Assembly (NCBI GenBank): GCA_039091335.1
Contig: JAWCME010000001.1
Coordinates: 10,024 to 74,023, forward strand
Direction of reading: 5' to 3'
DNA: 64,000 bases
Source of the DNA: Candidatus Aenigmatarchaeota archaeon
Lineage (GTDB): Archaea; Aenigmatarchaeota; Aenigmatarchaeia; CG10238-14; SCSR01
A program made the position numbers and the translations under genes. Positions 19,962 through 29,862 of this stretch are shown piece by piece. The first letter of the stretch is position 1. Each line of letters opens with the position of its first letter. The notes under the pieces are model-generated. The model worked only from the letters and a program-made list of their open reading frames with translations, ran no database searches and had not been told where the DNA came from.

Positions 19962-21065
19962 CTACCTTGTTATTTGTTGTGCTCGAACGAACTCCAAAAG
20001 CTCTTTTGCTTCTCTGTTTTTTTCAAAATATCTTCTCACAGGATCAAGTATTTTTATTATCTCTTCTGCAACAGTGTTTTTTAAATCCAGTGGGTGTAGC
20101 TCACCGGCCCTAAAAGATTTCTCCAGTTCTTCATAGGAGTGAAATTCTATTGTTCCTATTCTTCTTTCAATCTCAATTGTTTTTTTCTTTCTAAATATTA
20201 TATATTTACAAATCTCAAGAATTGGGTTGTTTTTTATTTCTTTTTCAGGGCAAAATGCTCCAAGGATTTTTTTTCTGATTTCTTCTGGAGTATCATGGAT
20301 GAAAATACATGTTTTTGGTATGGATTTAGCCATTTTACTAGATATCTGTATATCCAAACTTATGTTTTCTTCAAATTTTCCCATTCTTGTTGGTCCCTGC
20401 AACCCGATTAGAAGATGATGATGAACGCATACTGGACTCCACCACCCAAGCTTCGGTCCAAGCTCATGAGAAAGTATTGTTGCCTTTCTTTGGTCCATCC
20501 CAAGTTGACAAATGTCAACTTCTAAATAGAATGGGTCTGCTGCTTGCATTGCTGGATAGAAAAGTTGGGCAGTATATTGCATTTCTGCCTCCCTTCTTCC
20601 CATTATTGTGGAGCATCTTATCATTCTTTCTATTGTTGTTGCTTTAGCTATAGAGATAACCTTTTTCCAATATTCTGGATCTTTTACAACATCGCTCGTC
20701 CAAACAATCTCGGCTTTTTTTAAGTCCGCTCCACACGCCTTCCAAGCTTCTATAAGATATTTTCCTGTATTTTTTATCTTTTCCAAGTCCCCTCCCATCT
20801 TGTTGTTTATCCAGGCGAACCAGTCTGCAACAAGAAACTTGAATCTTATTCCTGCATCTAGCAAGTCTTGAAGCTTAATGGCTCTAAGTAATCCTGAACC
20901 CAAATGAGCAATTGTGGCTGATTTAATTCAGTTTCCACTTGGCTCAAAACCATCATATGCAACTGGGCATGGATTTGTTTGCAAAAGTTCTCTTAGACCT
21001 TCTTCTGTAATTATTTCTTCTGTAGGTGGAAGTTTTATTAAATCTATTTTAGTTTCTATATCCAT
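19962..21065 (-). CDS. tyrS: tyrosyl-tRNA synthetase, interrupted by a 21-nt BHB intron (exons 21065-20933 and 20911-19962; 360 aa spliced)
   Basis: Exon 1 MDIETKIDLI...AYDGFEPSG is in frame with ...AHLGSG; downstream YPAMQAAD, GMDQRK, KMAKS, LHPLDLK. Confidence 0.92.
20912..20932 (-). other. candidate BHB-type mRNA intron ACTGAATTAAATCAGCCACAA in tyrS
   Basis: GTGG-AAA-CTGA(ATTAAA)TCAG-CCAC-AAT; contains an in-frame TGA; BHB-rule excision restores S-G-I-A-H-L-G. Confidence 0.85.
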
Positions 21066-21189
21066 TTCTCTCCTCTTTATGTTGTTAACAAATTAAGAAT
21101 TTAAACCTGTTGTTTTGCTTAATTCAAATGTTTCAATATCTATTATTTTTATTTAAATTTCTCATTTTTGAATTATTATAAGTGTTAAA

Positions 21190-22449
21190 ATGATTAAACT
21201 AAATTTTCTTGGAGCAATTAGCAGTGTTGGTGCATCTGGCATATTAGTAGAGACAGAAGAAGAAAAAATTTTACTTGACTATGGAACTAAAATTCAAGAA
21301 ATTCCTCCAAAGTTTCCTTTAGCCATAGAAAAAAAACCAGACGCTATTTTTATTTCTCATTCCCATCTTGACCATGTTGGTGGGGTTCCGGTTTTTTTTA
21401 CAAAAAACAATTCTTGCCCCATATACGCAACATCTATTAGCAAGCCAATTACTGAATTGCTTTTACTAGATTCGATAAAAGTTAGTAGAGAGGAAGGGAT
21501 TGAGCTACCTTTTGATAAAGAAAGTGTTGATGCTACAATAAAAAATTTTTTGCCAATTAAATACGGAGAAATCGTTAAAATGAAAAAAACAAGGCTTGTG
21601 TTATTTGATGCTGGGCACATACCAGGAAGTGCTTTAATTTTCCTTGATTTTGGGAACAAAACCTTGCTTTATACTGGTGACTATAATACAAATGAAACGC
21701 GATTACTTAATGGGGCGAATCTAAACCTACCCAAAATTGATTTTTTGATAACAGAATCTACTTACAGCGATAGAAACCATCCAAAAAGGAAGACACAAGA
21801 AAAGGAACTTGTTAAAATAATAAGTGAAACTCTTTCTGTAGATGGAATTTGTATTATTGCGTGTTTTGCTGTAGCTAGAGCACAAGAAATACTTTTGGTT
21901 TTAGATAAATATGGTATAGATTATCCTCTTTATATCGACGGTATGGCAAAAAAGGCAACAACAATAATAAACCAATATTCTTCCTTTATCAAGGAACCCA
22001 ACAGCCTAAACGACGCATTGGATAAAATAAAATATGTTGACAACAGAATGAGGAAAAAAATAGTAAGAGACCCGTGCGTAATAATTACCTCCAGTGGGAT
22101 GTTATCTGGTGGTCCAATTTCATATTATATTGAAAGATTGCATGAAAAAATAAATTGCAGCTTGGTTTTAACAGGATACCAAGTGGAGGGTTCTCCAGGA
22201 AAAACTCTTCTAGAAACCGGAAAATATATCACAAAAAAATTGAATTTGGAAGTAAAAATGTTTGTTAAACGTCTTGATTTTAGTTCTCATGTTGGAAGGG
22301 ATGAATTATTCAAATCAATAGAAAAAATGTCACCAGAAAAAATTTTTTGTGTTCATGGTGATCATACAGAAGAGTTTGCTTCTGAGCTTAGAGAAAGGGG
22401 ATTTGATGCAATAGCCCCTTTGGCGAATAACAGAGTTTTTACAATTTAA
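21190..22449 (+). CDS. MBL-fold beta-CASP ribonuclease (aCPSF2-like)
   Basis: SHSHLDH, AGHIPGS, YTGD, ESTY, TSSGMLSGG, FSSH, VHGD. Confidence 0.9.
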   Translation: MIKLNFLGAISSVGASGILVETEEEKILLDYGTKIQEIPPKFPLAIEKKPDAIFISHSHLDHVGGVPVFFTKNNSCPIYATSISKPITELLLLDSIKVSREEGIELPFDKESVDATIKNFLPIKYGEIVKMKKTRLVLFDAGHIPGSALIFLDFGNKTLLYTGDYNTNETRLLNGANLNLPKIDFLITESTYSDRNHPKRKTQEKELVKIISETLSVDGICIIACFAVARAQEILLVLDKYGIDYPLYIDGMAKKATTIINQYSSFIKEPNSLNDALDKIKYVDNRMRKKIVRDPCVIITSSGMLSGGPISYYIERLHEKINCSLVLTGYQVEGSPGKTLLETGKYITKKLNLEVKMFVKRLDFSSHVGRDELFKSIEKMSPEKIFCVHGDHTEEFASELRERGFDAIAPLANNRVFTI

Positions 22450-22503
22450 TTATTTACTAAAAAATAGTAACATTTAAATAATTATCACTAATAAATAGTA
22501 ACT

Positions 22504-22773
22504 ATGGGTTTAGATGAACAGATAAAAACATGCTCTTATCACTATCAAAAATGGAAGGCTCTAGCACTCTCCTCAAAAAATTCAGAGGAAAGTAGAAAAT
22601 GCTTAGAAAGGGCATTTTTTTGGATTGAGCTACAAACAGCATTCATAACCTTGTTTGCAATGGAAAAAATAGGAAAGGAAGACCCAAACATAAGGTCAAA
22701 AATAATATCTGCAAAAGCAAACCTATCAAAAAGACTTGTTGAATATGCTAGGGAAATTTTAAAAGATTTGTGA
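22504..22773 (+). CDS. hypothetical helical protein
   Basis: 89-aa ORF collinear with neighbours. Confidence 0.65.
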   Translation: MGLDEQIKTCSYHYQKWKALALSSKNSEESRKCLERAFFWIELQTAFITLFAMEKIGKEDPNIRSKIISAKANLSKRLVEYAREILKDL

Positions 22774-22810
22774 GCTAATTCTTATTTTCAAAAAATTAAA
22801 TTATTATTTA

Positions 22811-23989
22811 ATGGTAGAAAAGAAAAAAAAAGTTATTTTTCTTGTAATAGATGGTTTGGCCGATCTTCCAATAGACAAAAAAACTCCTTTGAGTGAGTCG
22901 GAAAAACCTAATATGAACTATTTTGCAAAGAATGGTGTTGTTGGAGAGCTTAGGCTTGTTCCAAAAAATATTGAAGTAGCAAGCCATATAGCAAACATTT
23001 CCCTTCTTGGGTATAACCCGAAAAAATATTATCTCAAAAGGGGTCCACTAGAGGCAATTGGAGCAAATATACCATATACACAAGGAAACCTTGCTTTGAG
23101 ATGTAACTTTGCTACTGTTGATAAAGAGTTAATAGTAAAGGATAGGAGGGCCGGAAGAAGTACTTATGGTTTGGATGAGCTTGCAAGATACATAAACGAA
23201 AACGTTAAATTAGAAGTCCCGTTTGTTCTTATGAGAACTTATGGCCATAGGGCTGTTTTAGTTATAAAGATGGATTTAAGCGACAATATAACTGACAGCG
23301 ATCCAGAAGTTAGCGGAGAAAGGGTAAGAAAAATAAGCGCATTTAGCAATGATGCATTGATTTCTGCAAAGATTGTGCAAGAGTTTTTAGACAAATCACA
23401 TGAAATAATAGAGTATCATCCAATAAACGCAGAAAGGATCGCAAGAGGGATTCCTCCCGCAAATTATATTTTAACAAGGGACGCTGGAAATAGGGTTTGT
23501 CAACTTCCAAGTTTTTTAAAGAAGCATGGGATAAATAAGGCTGTTTGTATAGCTGAAAACGGTGTGATGAAGGCCACATGTATGCTAGCTGGATTTGATT
23601 CGATAACGATAAAGGAAACTGGATTTGAAGAAGGATTAAAACTTGTTTTTGATAACATAGAAACTTCTTTGCCCGAGTATGATTTTGTATATGCACATAT
23701 CAAAGGTGTTGATGAATCAGCACATGACGGAAAGTTTGAAGAAAAAAAGGAAAGGATTGAAAGAATAGATGAGATGCTTGAAGATTTTAAAAATTTTAAG
23801 GGAATTCTTGTCATAACTTGCGATCACATAACATCTTGTGAAAAGAAAAGCCATACTCATGGTCCTGTGCCTGTCCTCGTTTTTGGAAAGGGCAAAGATA
23901 GAATAAAAACTTTTGACGAGTTTTCTGTTAAAAATGGGAAGCTTAGAAATATTACTGGGAAGGAACTAATGGAATACATCTTCAAATAG
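22811..23989 (+). CDS. apgM: 2,3-bisphosphoglycerate-independent phosphoglycerate mutase
   Basis: IDGLAD, KTPL, RGPLEAIG, RCNFAT, DRRAGR, DESAHDG, TCDH; adjacent to enolase. Confidence 0.88.
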   Translation: MVEKKKKVIFLVIDGLADLPIDKKTPLSESEKPNMNYFAKNGVVGELRLVPKNIEVASHIANISLLGYNPKKYYLKRGPLEAIGANIPYTQGNLALRCNFATVDKELIVKDRRAGRSTYGLDELARYINENVKLEVPFVLMRTYGHRAVLVIKMDLSDNITDSDPEVSGERVRKISAFSNDALISAKIVQEFLDKSHEIIEYHPINAERIARGIPPANYILTRDAGNRVCQLPSFLKKHGINKAVCIAENGVMKATCMLAGFDSITIKETGFEEGLKLVFDNIETSLPEYDFVYAHIKGVDESAHDGKFEEKKERIERIDEMLEDFKNFKGILVITCDHITSCEKKSHTHGPVPVLVFGKGKDRIKTFDEFSVKNGKLRNITGKELMEYIFK

Positions 23990-24027
23990 TTAAATCTAAA
24001 TTAAACAGAAAAATAATTAATTAAAGA

Positions 24028-25200
24028 ATGATTGTAAGAGATTTGAAAATTAGGGAGATATTCGCAACTAACTCCCAGAGAACAATCGAAATAGAAATAG
24101 AAACACCAAAAGGTACAGTCAGGAGTTCTGTACCGATAGGAACGAGTAGGGGTATTCATGAAGTCGTTTTTCTAAGTGTTGAGGATGTGATAAGAAAGTT
24201 TCTACTTATAAAAAAACATTTTATTTCAGATTTTATTGACCAAGAAGATGTTGATTCTACATTGAGGATAATAGACAAAACACCAAACTTTAAGGAAATA
24301 GGAGGAAATTTAGCTATAGCCATATCTTCTGCTTTTCTTAAAGCCTTTGCATTAGACGAGGGTAAAGATGTTTTTGAATTCCTGCTCAAAGGAGAGGTAA
24401 AGATACCAAAACCGATTTGCAATGTTGTTGGAGGATGGGCAGGAACAGGAGCTAGTGACATACAGGAATATTTGCTTTTACCGGTACATCAAACCTCATT
24501 CCTTGAGAATATTAAAAAGATTTCTGATTGTTACATAAAAATAGGAAAAGAATTGAAAGAAAAAGACAGAACATTTGTTTTTGCAAAAAATTTAGAATCT
24601 GCGTGGGTAACTTCTCTGTCCGTAGAAAAAACTCTTGATATAATCCACAAAATTGCAAACGAAAACCTATTAAGAATTGGGTTAGACGTTGCGGCGTCTC
24701 AGCTTTGGGACGGAAGTTTTTATGTTTATTCGGGTTCAGGAAAAAAATACAATAGAACTGAACAAATATCTTTTTTAGAGGATTTGGTGAATAGGTATAA
24801 AATACTCTATATAGAAGATCCATTTCATGAAGAAGATCTTATAGGCTTTAGCACACTTACACATAGACTTAGCCCAAGAATAGTTTGCGGGGATGATATA
24901 TACGCTACAAACCTAAAAAGACTTAAAATTGGAATAGAACACAAAGCAACAAATGCAATAATAATTAAACCAAACCAGGTTGGAACAATAAGTGACGTGA
25001 TTAATGTTGTGAAGGAAGCTAAGAAGAATAAAATACTAACCGTTGTCTCACATAGATCAGGGGAGACAGAGGACACTCTTATATGTCATTTGGCCGTTGG
25101 TCTTGGTTGCGACTATATAAAACTTGGGATAAGTGGAGAAAGAACAGTAAAAATAAACGAGATGATAAGGATAGAAGAAAAAATAACAAAAGAATCATAG
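24028..25200 (+). CDS. eno: enolase (short, divergent)
   Basis: IGGNL, DIQEY, GLDVAAS, IEDPFHEED, CGDD, IKPNQVGT, SHRSGETED. Confidence 0.88.
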   Translation: MIVRDLKIREIFATNSQRTIEIEIETPKGTVRSSVPIGTSRGIHEVVFLSVEDVIRKFLLIKKHFISDFIDQEDVDSTLRIIDKTPNFKEIGGNLAIAISSAFLKAFALDEGKDVFEFLLKGEVKIPKPICNVVGGWAGTGASDIQEYLLLPVHQTSFLENIKKISDCYIKIGKELKEKDRTFVFAKNLESAWVTSLSVEKTLDIIHKIANENLLRIGLDVAASQLWDGSFYVYSGSGKKYNRTEQISFLEDLVNRYKILYIEDPFHEEDLIGFSTLTHRLSPRIVCGDDIYATNLKRLKIGIEHKATNAIIIKPNQVGTISDVINVVKEAKKNKILTVVSHRSGETEDTLICHLAVGLGCDYIKLGISGERTVKINEMIRIEEKITKES

Positions 25201-25228
25201 CTAATTATTTACAAAATAAAATTATTTT

Positions 25229-27880
25229 GTGAAAAAGGACTGGCATACAAGAAGAATAAATGAATTATTCCAATACCTATATACTTCTGAAGAGGGGTTG
25301 AGCGAAAAAGAAGCTAAAGAAAGATTGAAAAAATTTGGTACAAACGAAATAATAAGGAAGAAAAGGTTTTCCTCAATTTTAATTTTTTTTAGGCAGTTTA
25401 AAAGCTTTCTTGTATTTTTGTTGATAGCTGCGGCAACAATATCTTTTTTGTTGGGAAAAAAAGATGATGGTATAATTATCTCTGCTGTAATTTTCATCAA
25501 CACAGTAATAGGGTTTTTACAAGAATATAAGGCAGAAAAAACAATGGAAGCAATTAAAAATTTGACAGTACAAAAAACTAGGGTAATAAGAGAAGGAAAG
25601 GAAAAAATTATTCCGTCAAAGTTTCTTGTTCCTGGAGATATTATAGTGGTGGAAGAGGGAAACAAAATTCCGGCAGATTCGAGAATTATTGAAAGTATAA
25701 ATTTAATGGTAGACGAATCGGCATTAACAGGAGAATCTATACCTGTTGAGAAGGAAGCAAAGATTTTGGATGACATTCCTTTACAAGAAAGGAAGAATAT
25801 GCTGTTTCTTGGGACAATGGTCGTATACGGGAGAGGAAAGGCCGTTGTTGTGGACACAGGAATGCAGACAGAGCTTGGAAGAATTGCGGGAATGATAGAG
25901 ACAGAGGAAAAACAAACCCCATTGCAAGCTAGGATTGAAGAATTGGGGAAATGGCTTGTTTTTATAGCAGTCTTTTTTTCTTCGCTTATATTTTTATTTG
26001 GAGTGATTGCGAAGAAAGAGCTTTATCAACTTTTTTTCACAGCAATTGCACTATCCGTTTCTGCCGTCCCAGAAGGATTGCCTGCCGTGGTGACAATTAC
26101 ATTAGCATTGGGTGTTAATAGAATGAGCAAAAAAAATGCAATAATAAGGAAGATTTCAGCAGTAGAAACTCTAGGGTGCACTACAGTAATAGCTACTGAT
26201 AAAACAGGAACAATAACAAGCAATGAAATGACTGTAAGAAAGATTTTTGTTAAAAATAAAACTGTAGAGGTTAGTGGGATTGGTTTTGAACCTTATGGAG
26301 ATTTTTATGTTGAAGGTAAAAAGATAAATCCAAGAGAAGATTCTTCATTAAACTTAATTTTAGAAGCTTGTGTACTTTGTAATAGTGCATCAATATTAAG
26401 AAATGGAAATTGGCTGTTTCTTGGAGACCCAATGGATAGGGCGCTTCTCGTTTTATCTGCAAAGGCTGGTATATGGAAGAATGAACTTGAAAAAAAATAC
26501 GAAAAGGTTGTAGAAATACCTTTTTCCTCTGAAAGAAAGTTGATGGTCGTTGTTTATTCAAAAAAAGATGAGAGTTTTATATACGTAAAAGGTGTTCCAG
26601 AAAAAATTCTAGAAATTTGTAGTTTTGTTCATGAAGAGGGCAAAATGACACCAAAAAGAAGAAAAGAGTTGGATGAAGAGATAAGAAAAATGGCTAGGGA
26701 CGGATTAAGAGTAATAGGAATTGCATATAAAAAGGTTAGTGGAAAAGTTTTTTCTACAAAAGAAGTGGATATAAAAGATTTGGCTTTTCTTGGGTTTTTA
26801 GGAATGCAAGACCCTCCTAGAGAAAACATAAGAGAGGCCATTGAAAAATGTAACCAGGCTGGAATAAGAGTTATTATGCTAACAGGAGACCACAAGGAGA
26901 CAGCATCCAAAATAGCAAAAGAGGTTGGAATATTAGAAAGTGAAAAAATAGTCACAGGAAATGAACTTGATAAAATGAGTGAAGAGGAAATTAAAGATGT
27001 AGTCGGGAAAGTAAATGTATATGCAAGGGTTTTGCCGGAACATAAGCTAAAAATAGTTAGGTCCTTGAGGGAAAGAGGAGAAATTGTGGCTGTTACTGGT
27101 GATGGTGTGAACGATGCTCCTGCTTTAAAAGAGGCTGATCTTGGTATAGCAATGGGAATTAGGGGAACTGATGTAGCAAAAGAGGCAAGCGATATAATAT
27201 TAACAGATGACAACTTTATAACCATTGTTTCTGCAGTTGAAGAAGGAAGAAAAATTTATGATAATATAAGAAAATCCTTAAGATATGCTTTATCTGTAAA
27301 CTTTAGTGAAATATTTTTGATATTAACATCCATATTGGTTGGTCTTCCATTACCATTACTTCCAATTCAAATACTTTGGCTAAACCTTATAACAGACACT
27401 CTTCCTGCCCTGTCTTTGTCTGTAGAAAAGGGAGATGAGTATATATTAAAAAGAAAACCAAGAAACCCAAAGGAATCTATTTTTCATGGAATGACTGTTT
27501 TTATGATTGCTGCTGGCTCACTTTGCTTTCTAGTTGAATTTTTTGTTTTTGTTTTTCAATTATACAGGTCTGTTTCGTTTACATATACAGAAATAGCAAA
27601 GGCAAGAACGATGTGCCTTAGCGTTGCTGTGATGTTTGAACTATTCTTTGTTTTCAACTGCAGGTTAGAAAGGGGTTCTATCTTTAAAACAAACCCATTT
27701 TCAAACAAATATTTATTGGTCTCAGTCATAATTTCATTTTTATTGCACTTATCAATAATCTATTTCCCACCCTTCAGTCATTTTCTTAATACAGTTCCAT
27801 TGGGATTGAATGAATTTGTTTTGATTGTTTTGCTATCATCTTTATCGCTTATTCTTTCTCCTTCTGTTTTCTTGTATTAA
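25229..27880 (+). CDS. P-type cation (Ca2+-type, P2A) ATPase
   Basis: DESALTGES, VPEGLP, DKTGT, MLTGD, TGDGVNDAPAL, LWLNLITD. Confidence 0.95.
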   Translation: MKKDWHTRRINELFQYLYTSEEGLSEKEAKERLKKFGTNEIIRKKRFSSILIFFRQFKSFLVFLLIAAATISFLLGKKDDGIIISAVIFINTVIGFLQEYKAEKTMEAIKNLTVQKTRVIREGKEKIIPSKFLVPGDIIVVEEGNKIPADSRIIESINLMVDESALTGESIPVEKEAKILDDIPLQERKNMLFLGTMVVYGRGKAVVVDTGMQTELGRIAGMIETEEKQTPLQARIEELGKWLVFIAVFFSSLIFLFGVIAKKELYQLFFTAIALSVSAVPEGLPAVVTITLALGVNRMSKKNAIIRKISAVETLGCTTVIATDKTGTITSNEMTVRKIFVKNKTVEVSGIGFEPYGDFYVEGKKINPREDSSLNLILEACVLCNSASILRNGNWLFLGDPMDRALLVLSAKAGIWKNELEKKYEKVVEIPFSSERKLMVVVYSKKDESFIYVKGVPEKILEICSFVHEEGKMTPKRRKELDEEIRKMARDGLRVIGIAYKKVSGKVFSTKEVDIKDLAFLGFLGMQDPPRENIREAIEKCNQAGIRVIMLTGDHKETASKIAKEVGILESEKIVTGNELDKMSEEEIKDVVGKVNVYARVLPEHKLKIVRSLRERGEIVAVTGDGVNDAPALKEADLGIAMGIRGTDVAKEASDIILTDDNFITIVSAVEEGRKIYDNIRKSLRYALSVNFSEIFLILTSILVGLPLPLLPIQILWLNLITDTLPALSLSVEKGDEYILKRKPRNPKESIFHGMTVFMIAAGSLCFLVEFFVFVFQLYRSVSFTYTEIAKARTMCLSVAVMFELFFVFNCRLERGSIFKTNPFSNKYLLVSVIISFLLHLSIIYFPPFSHFLNTVPLGLNEFVLIVLLSSLSLILSPSVFLY

Positions 27881-27912
27881 ATAAGAAATTGTAAAAAAAT
27901 AAATAGAATTTA

Positions 27913-28872
27913 ATGGAGCTCATATTTCAGATTTTAATCTTTTTTACCTCCATCATAATACTTTCAGTAGGTAGCAATGTAGTTGTTAAATCAGCTGAAA
28001 AATTTGCAAGAATAACAAAACTTGGAGATTTGGTTATTGGTTTTATAGTTTTGTCCATAGTAACAACAACACCAGAACTTGCCATCTCATTTTCATCCAT
28101 TACCTCTGGTGACATAGAAATACTAATTAGTAATCTTTTTGGCTCTAATATTACTGTAATCTCATTGGTTATTGGAATTGCTTCCATAGTTTCTCCTATA
28201 ACAATTGTAATAAGGAGGAAAGAATTGAAATCTTTGTCTTTAATGGTTTTTCTTTCCTCACTCCTTTCTTTGATGTTTTTTTGGTTAGGAGAAATCGGAA
28301 AGTTTGTTGGAATATTCCTAATTTCAACGTTCTTTTACTTTTCTTACTATTCTGTGAAGAAAAAAGTTACGATTCAGGAAATAAAGGAAGAGCTTAATAC
28401 AGGAAAAATATATTCAACAGCTCTTACTCTCTGCTTAGGAATTTTTATTGTGATGATAAGTGCTAGGTTTGTTGTTATTTCTACTTCTAACATAGCTGAC
28501 ATAACAGGAATAAAAGAATCTGTCATAGGAGCTACTATAATATCCTTTGGGTGTTCAATACCAGAGTTCTCTATAACAGTTACCGCGGCAAAGAAGAAAA
28601 AGATAAACTTGGCGCTTGGAACTGCAATGGGGTCTTGCTTGACAAGACTTACGCTTGTTCTTGGTGTATCACTACTTTTGATTCCTTTTATTATAGATGT
28701 AACTATATTCTCAACCTTAATAACATTTTGCCTTCTTTCAACCATATTGCTATGGCATTTTATTGGGGACGGAAAAATACAAATAAAAGAAGGTTTAATT
28801 CTTCTCTTGATCTATGTATTTTTCATTCTCACAACATGCGGTGTTCAAATTTCTATGTTTGTTGGTACTTAA
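27913..28872 (+). CDS. Na+/Ca2+ antiporter (CaCA family)
   Basis: alpha-repeats TTTPEL..SNLFGSNI and GCSIPEF..GTAMGS. Confidence 0.85.
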   Translation: MELIFQILIFFTSIIILSVGSNVVVKSAEKFARITKLGDLVIGFIVLSIVTTTPELAISFSSITSGDIEILISNLFGSNITVISLVIGIASIVSPITIVIRRKELKSLSLMVFLSSLLSLMFFWLGEIGKFVGIFLISTFFYFSYYSVKKKVTIQEIKEELNTGKIYSTALTLCLGIFIVMISARFVVISTSNIADITGIKESVIGATIISFGCSIPEFSITVTAAKKKKINLALGTAMGSCLTRLTLVLGVSLLLIPFIIDVTIFSTLITFCLLSTILLWHFIGDGKIQIKEGLILLLIYVFFILTTCGVQISMFVGT

Positions 28873-29760
28873 AACTTTTAGAAATTCATCAATCTTTAAA
28901 AATTTATCAGTGGTGAAGCCAGCAGCAAATTTATGTCCACCACCACCAAACTTTCTGGCGATATCGTATACATTCTTTCCTGTGTGAGTTCTCAATTCTA
29001 TCTTAGAGCTTATTCTATAAGGCAGGGTTTTCTTGTGAATTATTACTGCTACAAAGTCAAATGGCGCTTTTTCATGCTCTAGAAGTTTGTTAGAAACGAT
29101 GTAGATTGGTATTTGAAATGTTGTTTCATAAACAGCTATTTTATTTCCATTAATCTCAAATGTTTTAACATTTTCTAATATTTTTTCTTCAATTCTTTTT
29201 TTCCAATCATAGTATTCATTCAAAAGTTCTGCCAAGTTTTGGTCAGATTCAAATGATTCAATCCTATGAAATGTTAGTGTTTTTGAAATGCTTCTTAACT
29301 TTGAAATTAAGTACGAGCCAGAATACTTCCATTTTACTGCAGCCACCAAATCCCTGAAAAAGGAAGCGGAATCGCTATTAATATTAGAAGTATCTATCTC
29401 GTTTGCTATTTCAACAAGCTCCGAATTTATCTCAAAATGTTTAGCAACAAGTTGCGCAGTACTTGGTGAGTTTTCCAAAAAAACCTCAACATTTTTTGGT
29501 ATTTCTTTTATTTGCCATTCATGGTGGTCTATCCAAACAGCCTTTTCGTACAAAGAGGAAAGCAAAATTGTTTTTTCGTCTGCAGCTATGTCAAAGATGT
29601 AAAGTATTTTACCATTAACTCCAATTAAAGAGGAGCATAGTACATCTTTAAGTTTTGTAGAAGATGAAAAATAGATTCTTTTTGGGAGAAACTTCTTCAT
29701 AAAAAGACTCAGAGAAATTATTCCATCTGCATCTCCGTGTGTTATAGCAGTAATCTCCAT
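28795..29760 (-). CDS. DHH/DHHA1-family phosphoesterase
   Basis: THGDADG, WIDHH, GGGGHKFAAG. Confidence 0.88.
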   Translation of the reverse strand: MEITAITHGDADGIISLSLFMKKFLPKRIYFSSSTKLKDVLCSSLIGVNGKILYIFDIAADEKTILLSSLYEKAVWIDHHEWQIKEIPKNVEVFLENSPSTAQLVAKHFEINSELVEIANEIDTSNINSDSASFFRDLVAAVKWKYSGSYLISKLRSISKTLTFHRIESFESDQNLAELLNEYYDWKKRIEEKILENVKTFEINGNKIAVYETTFQIPIYIVSNKLLEHEKAPFDFVAVIIHKKTLPYRISSKIELRTHTGKNVYDIARKFGGGGHKFAAGFTTDKFLKIDEFLKVLSTNKHRNLNTACCENEKYIDQEKN

Positions 29761-29862
29761 ATTTTTAACTTAAAAATTAAATTAAAATTCTTTATTGAAT
29801 TCTTGTCTTTTATAGTTTAAAAAATTAGAGAAAATATGTAATAAAGTTTGTAAAATAATTAT

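Noticed and set aside
20927..20929. TGA in tyrS as selenocysteine/readthrough or an alternative genetic code
   Set aside because: Readthrough would leave 7 extra residues inside the conserved EPSGxxHxG motif, and TGA ends several other genes here (rps17, rpl5, rpl40e)
28795..28872. 78-nt 3' overlap of the DHH and CaCA genes
   Set aside because: Convergent overlap from a non-conserved tail; common in compact genomes
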